From Acidobacteriota bacterium (lineage in GTDB: Bacteria > Acidobacteriota > UBA890 > WLXD01): a stretch of DNA of 64,000 nt. Position numbers and translations under genes: made by a program. The notes under the pieces are model-generated. The model made no database searches. It was given only the letters and a program-made list of their open reading frames with translations, and was not told where the DNA came from. Below are positions 56,795-64,000 of this stretch, one piece after another. Within the stretch, counting starts at the first letter, position 1. Each line of letters opens with the position of its first letter. Where the stretch lies: assembly GCA_965248695.1 (NCBI GenBank), contig CBDFKD010000002.1:2912001-2976000 (forward strand). Reading direction: 5' to 3'.

Positions 56795-57150
56795 GAAAAG
56801 AGTTGAGTCTCCACCGTGTCGGCGCGCACTGTTGGCACACCGCGGTCGTTGCGGTTCTGCCCGCACAACAGACCGAGGCAGATCGAGTGATTGGCGGCGT
56901 GACCTCGGGAAGTGGCCGGTGAGGTCCTGTTGTCGCCGCGATTGGGTCGTAGACCCGCGTCACACACTTGGTCGGCGTGACGCCGCCCAGCCCGCCACTC
57001 CGGGCTCCGGGCCGGCTACCGAGTCGCTGACGCCGTTGGCGAGCAGCACATCTCGATGGCCGTCAACTGAAATCCTAGCACTAACACATCGAGCGGGTGC
57101 GACACGAATCGACTGCCCGGCCCATTTTTTTGCGCGTGTCGCGGCCGTTG

Positions 57151-59175
57151 CTAGCGCACGAGCGTGCCGAGCAACCGATTGATCGCCGTTATTGTCCCCT
57201 CGGGACCGGCGAGCTCCGCACATTCGTCACAGGCCCAGACCTTGGCCATACGAATCGAGATCAGGCCGTGCGGATACATGATTACCTGGTTGGAGCCGGC
57301 GCCGAACGCCCCCGGGAGATAGACCACCGCGGCGCCGGCGAGATCGACGTGCGGAGTGAGGTGGAAGCTCATCTTGTAGAGTTCCTCACCCGCCGCGCGC
57401 GGAACGGGCGCGCCAGCCTCGAAAGCCGCCTGAACGGAGAGGTCTGCTGCTTTGGTGATGGCCCCCGCGGTGGTGAAGATCCCGGCCATCACCTCCCGGT
57501 GCAGGAGCTGCACACCTTCGTGCTCGCCGAGGTTCTGATACAGCGTGAAGATCTTGGCAACATCATCGAGGGTTACGTAGACGCCGGCATGAAACCAAGG
57601 CAGCCCTCTCGCACCATCGGCCTCGCGTGTCCTGACGATGGGCGCGTGATGAACGCCGATCGGTGCGAGCACATCTTGCTGCAGCATCTCCCAGATGTCC
57701 GCTTCCGGCCCCCTGACCGACTTGAGGAAACCGTCCGCAGCAGCGCCGAGAAGATGATAATCGCGGTCGCGGTAGCGCATGATGATGCCGGGACCCCAGG
57801 GATAGGGTGAGCCATCCTGGGTGATCCGGGCGATCTTGTCGGCGTTCGAGAACGCGCCGTTGTACCAATCGTTGTAGGTGTCCTCAGTGTAGCCGTCGCC
57901 GGTGTTGTTGGGGTTGGTCGAGGGGCTGCCCTGCCCACCCATGCCGGTGGCCATGTTAGCGGCGTCGATGAAGCGAACGTCGTCGTATTCCGGATCGAGC
58001 CCCGGGACATAATCGCCGATCTTCAGGTTGAGCACATAGGGGCCGTAGACTTGCGCCAGCCGTCCGAGCGCCAGCGGCGCGGTAATCGACTTGGTCACCG
58101 ATCGGGGCCCGAAGCGCATCTCTTCCGGGTACGGGTAGTCGCCGAAGCGTGTCCGTGACCCTTGGTGATAGATCACGCCGTCGCGCACCAGAGCCTTGGC
58201 GACCACGTAGTCGTCCGGCAGCGGACCACCGAAGCGGTCGAGCGTTCCTTCGGGCAGCCCTTCTTGGACGACAGAGACCAGGAGCTCGTTCCACGCTCGC
58301 AGCGGCAGCCGGTCGGCCAGCTCCCGGTCGACTCGGGCTCGCTCCGTTTCGAGATCGATGACCGCTCCCGACTCGAACGACGCCGGCGCAACGCCCCAGG
58401 CGACAAAGTGCACCGGGATGTTCCATGGCGCCGTCTGCTGGACGAACTGGAACCTCACGTCGGTGACCTCGTCCCCCCGGTACAGCAGGCTCGCCAGGCC
58501 CTGATGGGCATGGTTTTCCATGTCGTGCACCAGCATCAGAGCAAAGGCGGCGCGCGCCCAGTCACCGTCACCCGGCTGCCGCCACACACGACCGTACTGG
58601 GGAATCAACTTCCAGTAGCTGCTGGCGTCGCCACGACTTCGATCTCCAAGCATCTCGCCGATCTGAACCGCGGCGAGAACATCGCCGGTGGTAAACAGGT
58701 CGAGGCTGATCGCGGGAAACAGACGCTTGTCATACCCGCCCCGGCAGGATCCGCCCACCTCGACCTCCGAGCCGTCGCAGATCGGCTGGGGGATCTGGGG
58801 CTCGAACAGCATCGTCGCCTGTTCGAGAGTCAGCCGCCCGGTCAGGGCCGGAGCCGGCATGGCGTCGGCAGGCGGATAGAATGCGGCGTTACCGGCAGGC
58901 GCCTCCAGCTGACTACTCGAGAGCATCGTTTCGAGCGGTAGCGGCGAGCCCGTCAAGACCGGCGACGTCTCCTCGGTCGGATCTTCGAGCGGCGCATCGG
59001 CAGCGCGCCCACCCCGGGGTTCCGCCGCGCCACAGGCAATCAGCGACGCGGCCACCAGCAACGCGAGGATGGCAGGCGAAGCGCCAAAGGCGGCGGCCCC
59101 GACGATGTCGCTCCGGCACGACGGGTCGAGCAGGCGCTGCGCGATGCGGGTCAGCATATATAGAAGTTGCGACAC
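57151..59175 (-). CDS. Serine hydrolase (beta-lactamase/PBP-like fold) lipoprotein with large N-terminal extension; start uncertain
   Basis: Lipobox-like LIACG; SVTK (SxxK); ANMATGM; PG..MRYRD; LDDVAKI. Confidence 0.7.
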   Translation of the reverse strand: MSQLLYMLTRIAQRLLDPSCRSDIVGAAAFGASPAILALLVAASLIACGAAEPRGGRAADAPLEDPTEETSPVLTGSPLPLETMLSSSQLEAPAGNAAFYPPADAMPAPALTGRLTLEQATMLFEPQIPQPICDGSEVEVGGSCRGGYDKRLFPAISLDLFTTGDVLAAVQIGEMLGDRSRGDASSYWKLIPQYGRVWRQPGDGDWARAAFALMLVHDMENHAHQGLASLLYRGDEVTDVRFQFVQQTAPWNIPVHFVAWGVAPASFESGAVIDLETERARVDRELADRLPLRAWNELLVSVVQEGLPEGTLDRFGGPLPDDYVVAKALVRDGVIYHQGSRTRFGDYPYPEEMRFGPRSVTKSITAPLALGRLAQVYGPYVLNLKIGDYVPGLDPEYDDVRFIDAANMATGMGGQGSPSTNPNNTGDGYTEDTYNDWYNGAFSNADKIARITQDGSPYPWGPGIIMRYRDRDYHLLGAAADGFLKSVRGPEADIWEMLQQDVLAPIGVHHAPIVRTREADGARGLPWFHAGVYVTLDDVAKIFTLYQNLGEHEGVQLLHREVMAGIFTTAGAITKAADLSVQAAFEAGAPVPRAAGEELYKMSFHLTPHVDLAGAAVVYLPGAFGAGSNQVIMYPHGLISIRMAKVWACDECAELAGPEGTITAINRLLGTLVR

Positions 59176-59341
59176 GGTTCCTCGTGGTCTTGCGACGTCC
59201 GCAGTCTAGCGGACCGCCGGCACCGGGGCGGCTATGGCGATTCCGTCAGTTTCCAACCGAGGTCTATCTACTCCTTGCGGCTTCAGAGGTAAGCTGTTGC
59301 TGTCCAGGCCCAAGCGTTTTTCGAGGCGGAGACCACCGATC

Positions 59342-61777
59342 ATGAGAAGAGCGATGCTGTCGACGCTCGTCCTGATCACAGCCATTGCTCTGCATGCGCC
59401 GACCGCCAGCCCGGCGGCGACCGCCCCCGTACCACCGCCCCAGGACGCCGCGCCCAGCGCAATCATCGACGCCTACTGCGGCTACTGTCATAACCAAGAC
59501 CTGCGCACGGGCGGCCTCGCTCTCGACGAGCTCGATCTCGACGACCTCGGAGCGAATGCCGAGCTCTGGGAGAAGGTGTGGCACAAGCTCCGAACGGGGC
59601 AGATGCCTCCGCCAGAGGTACCGCGACCCGACGACCACACTTTGACCGTGATGGTGGCCTGGCTCGAGTCCGGCCTCGATGAAGCTGCGGCCGTGGACCC
59701 CAACCCCGGCCGGGTCGGCGTCCATCGAATGAACCGCACCGAGTACGGCAACGCCATCCGCGACCTGCTGGGCGTGGAGATCGATGCCAGGACGCTCCTG
59801 CTTGGCGACGAGGCCGATGAGGGCTTCGACAACGTCGCCGAGAGCCTGACGATCTCACCGGCGCATCTGGAGCGTTATCTGTCGGCGGCTCGCAAGATCA
59901 GCCGGCTTGCGGTGGGCGACCCGTCCTTGGGCGCCGTTCCGAGCTCCACGTTGCACCAGATCCCCGTCTTCCTGAATCAGGACGGTCGCGTGAGCGAGGA
60001 TCAGCCGTTCGGATCCCGCGGCGGCGTGGTGGTGCGGCACCACTTCGAGCTGGATGGTGAATACGTCATCAAGGTGTTGCTCAGACGCCAGGTCTACTCC
60101 TACATCGTCGGCCTCGGCGCGGCGCAGCCGCTCGACGTACGCGTCGACGGGAAGCGCGTGGCGCGCTTCTCCGTCGGCGGCGAGGGCGACGAGAAAGGAA
60201 TGGCGGGCCCGTTGACCTGGGCCGGCGAGATCAGGGGAGAACCGGGGTGGGAAGCGTACATGCACTCCGCCGACGCTTCCCTCGAAGCCCGTGTGCCGGT
60301 GCGGGCAGGGGCGCGAAGCGTGTCGGTATCGTTCGTACAGCAACCCCGGGAGCTCGAAGATCTCAGCCAACCCCGACAGCTCGGCTTCGGGTTCATGTCG
60401 GACCAGCTGTACGACGGGTTTGCGGCCATCGACACCGTCGCAATCACGGGTCCCTACTTACCCGAGGGACCTGGCGATACGCGCAGCCGCAGCAAGGTGT
60501 TCGTGTGTCACCCGGCGGACGGGGCCGACGAGGACGACTGCGCCCGTACGATCCTCTCGAAGCTGGCTCGCCGCGCGTATCGTCGGCCGGCTACCGAAGC
60601 CGAGATCCAGACGTTGCTGGATTTCTTCGAGACCGGTAGTGAGATCGGAGGATTCGAAGCCGGGATCCAGGCTGCGATCGAGCGCATGCTGGTGAGCGTC
60701 AACTTCCTGTTGCGAATCGACACCCCTCCTGCAGACGCGGCACCGGGGGGCGCCTATCGGCTCAGCGACGTCGACTTGGCCTCGCGCCTGTCGTTCTTCC
60801 TGTGGAGCAGCATCCCCGACGAGGAGCTTCTCGATCTGGCGATTCGCGGCCAGCTGAGCCAGCCGACCGTTCTCGAACAACAGGTACGCCGCATGCTCGC
60901 CGACCGGCGGTCCAAGACGCTGGTGAACAACTTCGCCGGCCAGTGGCTCGGCTTTCAGAAGGCTGCCGTCTGGCAGCCCGACTCCGAGCGCTACTTCGAC
61001 TTCGACGAGAACCTGCGCCATGCGCTGCTGAAGGAAACCGAGCTCTTCGTCAACAGCCAGCTGCGTGAGGATCGCAGCGTGCTCGATCTGCTGACCGCCG
61101 ACTACACGTTCGTGAACGAGCGTCTGGCGCGCCACTACGAGATTCCGGGCATCGTCGGCGAACGGTTCCGTCGCGTCACCGTCGACGATGGCGTACGTGG
61201 AGGCCTGCTGGGCCAGGGCAGCATCCTGATGACCACGTCCTACCCGGACCGAACAGCGCCAGTCGTCCGCGGACTTTGGATGCTCGAGAACATCCTCGGC
61301 ATGGCCCCTCCGCCGCCGCCGGAGACCGTGCCCGACTTGGAGGAAACAGCAAGTGACGGCCGCATCCTGTCGATGCGGGAACAGATGGAGCGCCATCGCA
61401 AGGACCCCGCCTGCGCCGGCTGCCACATCCGTATGGACCCGCTGGGGTTCGCACTCGAGAACTTCGATGCCATCGGTCGATGGCGCACGACGAGCAACGA
61501 CCTACCGATCGACGCGTCGTCCGTGTTCGCCGACGGCACACCGATCGAGGGGGTGGCAGGGATACGTCGGCTCCTTCAAGCCCACCGTCAGGACTTCGTA
61601 CGGACGTTCACCGCCAAGCTGCTGACCTATGCACTCGGCCGTGGGGTGGAGTACTACGACCATCCGGCGATCCGCAGGATCCTGCGGCAAGCCGAGGCTA
61701 CAGAGTACCGTTGGTCATCAATGATCCTCGGCGTCGTTGACAGCGAGCCGTTCCAGATGGGAAGAAGAGCGTCATGA
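59342..61777 (+). CDS. DUF1592/DUF1588/DUF1595 multi-domain c-type cytochrome
   Basis: Signal peptide; CGYCH and CAGCH heme motifs; HRMNRTEYGNAIRDLL; LASRLSFFLWSSIPD; MDPLGFALENFDAIG; KLLTYALGR. Confidence 0.92.
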   Translation: MRRAMLSTLVLITAIALHAPTASPAATAPVPPPQDAAPSAIIDAYCGYCHNQDLRTGGLALDELDLDDLGANAELWEKVWHKLRTGQMPPPEVPRPDDHTLTVMVAWLESGLDEAAAVDPNPGRVGVHRMNRTEYGNAIRDLLGVEIDARTLLLGDEADEGFDNVAESLTISPAHLERYLSAARKISRLAVGDPSLGAVPSSTLHQIPVFLNQDGRVSEDQPFGSRGGVVVRHHFELDGEYVIKVLLRRQVYSYIVGLGAAQPLDVRVDGKRVARFSVGGEGDEKGMAGPLTWAGEIRGEPGWEAYMHSADASLEARVPVRAGARSVSVSFVQQPRELEDLSQPRQLGFGFMSDQLYDGFAAIDTVAITGPYLPEGPGDTRSRSKVFVCHPADGADEDDCARTILSKLARRAYRRPATEAEIQTLLDFFETGSEIGGFEAGIQAAIERMLVSVNFLLRIDTPPADAAPGGAYRLSDVDLASRLSFFLWSSIPDEELLDLAIRGQLSQPTVLEQQVRRMLADRRSKTLVNNFAGQWLGFQKAAVWQPDSERYFDFDENLRHALLKETELFVNSQLREDRSVLDLLTADYTFVNERLARHYEIPGIVGERFRRVTVDDGVRGGLLGQGSILMTTSYPDRTAPVVRGLWMLENILGMAPPPPPETVPDLEETASDGRILSMREQMERHRKDPACAGCHIRMDPLGFALENFDAIGRWRTTSNDLPIDASSVFADGTPIEGVAGIRRLLQAHRQDFVRTFTAKLLTYALGRGVEYYDHPAIRRILRQAEATEYRWSSMILGVVDSEPFQMGRRAS

Positions 61778-63111
61778 TCCTCGCCAAGAAGGCAATTCCT
61801 CGACGCACGCTGCTGCGCGGGCTCGGCGCCACGGTGGCGCTGCCCTTGCTCGACGCCATGGTCCCGGCTGCGACCGCGCTGGCGCAGACGGCCGCCGGGC
61901 CGATCCGACGCTTCGGGGCGGTCTACGTGCCGAACGGCGTGATCCCGGATCGCTGGTTCCCCTCGACCACCGGTTCGGCGTTCGATTTCTCGTACGCCCT
62001 GAAGCCGCTCGAGCCATATCGCCAACAGCTCAAGATCCTCGGCGGGCTCGACAGCGATCCGGTGCGGCCGCCCGGTGCACCGGGGGCCGTGCACGCCCGC
62101 GCTAGCACCAAGTTCCTGACCAACGTCCACCCCAGCCGCGCGCTCAAGGCCGGCATCTCGATGGATCAGCTTGCCGCCCGTGAGCTCGGACGCACGACGC
62201 AGTTGCCGTCGCTCGAGCTCGCCCTGGACGCCGTTGACGCTGCCGCAACCTGCGACGATGGGAGCTGCATCTACACAGGCACGATCTCGTGGGCCGGGCC
62301 GACGTCCCCGCTGCCCATGGAGACGGATCCGGCGGCGGTCTTCGAGCGACTGTTCGGTGAGGACACCACCGACCCGGCGGCACGCCGCGCCAGCGCGCTG
62401 CGCAAGACCAGCATCCTCGACTCGGTGCTCGGCGAGATCTCCTTGCTCCGCAACCGGGTCGGCCCGAGCGATCAGGCGCGGCTGAGCGGCTATCTCGACA
62501 GCGTCCGGGCGGTGGAACAGCGCATCCAGCGAGCCGTGCAGCAGAACGTCGAGCTGCCGGCGTTCGACCGGCCGGCCGGCGTCCCCGGGGACTATGCCGA
62601 GCACGCGAAGTTAATGTTCGACCTGCAGGTGCTGGCGTATCAGGCCGACATCACCCGCGTCTGCACCTTCATGATGGGTCGGGAATTCAACGGCCGAACC
62701 TATCCCGAGATCGGTGTACCGGATGCGCACCACCCGATCTCGCACCATCGCAACGACCCCGACAAGATGGACAAGTGTGCGCAGATCAACCGCTACCACA
62801 CGAGTCTTTTCACCCATCTGATGGACCGGCTCGCCGAGACACCCGACGGCGACGGATCGCTGCTGGATCAGGTGGTTATCAAGTTCGGCGCCGGCATGAA
62901 CGACGGCAACAGTCATGCGGTCAAGGACCTGCCGATCGTGATCGCCGGCGGCGGCGCGGGTCGTCTCGAGGGCGGGCACTGCCTCCGCTACCCGGAGGGA
63001 ACTCCGCTCGCCAACCTGCACGTTGCGCTCCTCGACAAGCTCGGCGTATCGGTCGAGAGCTTCGGCAACAGCACGGAGCGCCTCGAGCTCGGGTACCTGG
63101 ACGGGGTCTAG
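61774..63111 (+). CDS. DUF1552 family protein (Tat-like signal)
   Basis: RRTLLRGLGATVALPLLDAM; YVPNG; ISMDQLAA; P..VFERLFG; HHPISHH; DGSLLD; ATGA overlap with the upstream gene. Confidence 0.92.
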   Translation: MILAKKAIPRRTLLRGLGATVALPLLDAMVPAATALAQTAAGPIRRFGAVYVPNGVIPDRWFPSTTGSAFDFSYALKPLEPYRQQLKILGGLDSDPVRPPGAPGAVHARASTKFLTNVHPSRALKAGISMDQLAARELGRTTQLPSLELALDAVDAAATCDDGSCIYTGTISWAGPTSPLPMETDPAAVFERLFGEDTTDPAARRASALRKTSILDSVLGEISLLRNRVGPSDQARLSGYLDSVRAVEQRIQRAVQQNVELPAFDRPAGVPGDYAEHAKLMFDLQVLAYQADITRVCTFMMGREFNGRTYPEIGVPDAHHPISHHRNDPDKMDKCAQINRYHTSLFTHLMDRLAETPDGDGSLLDQVVIKFGAGMNDGNSHAVKDLPIVIAGGGAGRLEGGHCLRYPEGTPLANLHVALLDKLGVSVESFGNSTERLELGYLDGV

Positions 63112-63167
63112 TGGCCTGTACCGGGTCAGACCAACACCGCCCAGAGCGAAAACGGCTACTTCGACAC

Positions 63168-64000
63168 ATGTTTCTTGACCGCCGAACGATCACGGTCGGA
63201 GCCACCGCAGCGTTGATCGCGGGTGCCAGCGTTGCCGTTGGCGGCCAGGCTCAGCTCGTCGAAGCGGTCAAGGAGAACGACACGGTGGCGGTAGAGGCCC
63301 TGCTGCGGCAAGGCGTCGACGTCAACGTACCCCAGGGCGACGGCGCGACAGCGCTGCACTGGGCCGCCTACTACGGCGACCTGGAGCTGGTCGATCGGCT
63401 GATCGCCGACGGCGCCGACGTCAACGCGGCCAACGACCTGCGCGTCACTCCGCTTGCCCTGGCGAGCGCCAATGCGCATGCCGCCGCTGTGCAGAGCTTG
63501 CTCGCGGCGGGGGCCGATCCGAACATCAGCGGCGAGACCGGAGTCACCCCGTTGATGGAGGCCGCCCGTATCGGCAGCATGGAGGCCGTACGAGCCCTGC
63601 TCGAGTTCGAGGCCGACGTCAACGCCCACACGACCGACCGGCAACAGACCGCCCTTATGTGGGCGGCCGCACGTCGGCACCCGGAAGTCGTGGGGGCACT
63701 GCTGGAACACGACGCCGACGTCGGCGCTCGCACGCGGGTCCGCCGCGAGGTGGTGATGCTGTCGCTGAGACGCGGGGATCGCGTCGCCAGAACAGCGGTG
63801 AAGGACGCCACGGAGATCGAGCGCGGTGGAATCACTGCGTTGTTGTTTGCGGCCCAGTCCGGCGACGTTGACTCGGCACGAAAGCTGTTGGAGGCCGGCG
63901 CCGACATCAACGACACGGGAGCCGACCAGAACTCGGTTCTGGTGATGGCAGCACTCTCCGGTCACACCGCAGTTGCCAAGATGCTGCTAGAACAGGGCGC
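63168..64000 (+). CDS. Secreted ankyrin-repeat protein, runs off the window end (absent from ORF track)
   Basis: Hand translation MFLDRRTITVGATAALIAG...LVEAVKENDTVAVEALLRQGVDVNVPQGDGATALHWAAY...GADVNAANDLRVTPLALA...QTALMWAAA. Confidence 0.9.
   Translation, partial: MFLDRRTITVGATAALIAGASVAVGGQAQLVEAVKENDTVAVEALLRQGVDVNVPQGDGATALHWAAYYGDLELVDRLIADGADVNAANDLRVTPLALASANAHAAAVQSLLAAGADPNISGETGVTPLMEAARIGSMEAVRALLEFEADVNAHTTDRQQTALMWAAARRHPEVVGALLEHDADVGARTRVRREVVMLSLRRGDRVARTAVKDATEIERGGITALLFAAQSGDVDSARKLLEAGADINDTGADQNSVLVMAALSGHTAVAKMLLEQG

Noticed and set aside
1-64000. Mosaic of unrelated single genes as an integron cassette array or prophage
   Set aside because: Orientations alternate; no recurring attC-like sites, integrase or phage structural genes were found

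Overview
GC-rich bacterial window (roughly mid-60s % GC by eye), densely coding, about 47 genes. The gene content points to an Acidobacteriota genome, probably Thermoanaerobaculia-like; this is an inference from gene families (DUF1592/DUF1552/ankyrin triad, VPS10-type hydrolase, LVIVD propellers, a Cys-rich C-terminal domain ending DTxAFxTCP). Most genes encode secreted or periplasmic catabolic enzymes. No rRNA, tRNA, CRISPR array, integrase or intact transposase was seen. Best candidates for undescribed biology: (1) an intact two-subunit N,N-dimethylformamidase homolog inside an amine/amide catabolic neighbourhood; (2) a mirror-image module of two secreted bicupin paralogs, each behind a different hydrolase; (3) a PIG-L deacetylase-nagB-phosphohexomutase operon suggesting a NagA-independent amino-sugar route; (4) two His-rich LVIVD propeller paralogs. 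The intergenic spaces hold several gene remnants that the ORF track misses (a degraded antitoxin/nucleotidyltransferase pair, two amidohydrolase tails, a polysaccharide deacetylase, an NHL repeat) and three copies of a CTAG-anchored, IS-end-like motif. All family calls come from motif recognition by eye; no searches were run.
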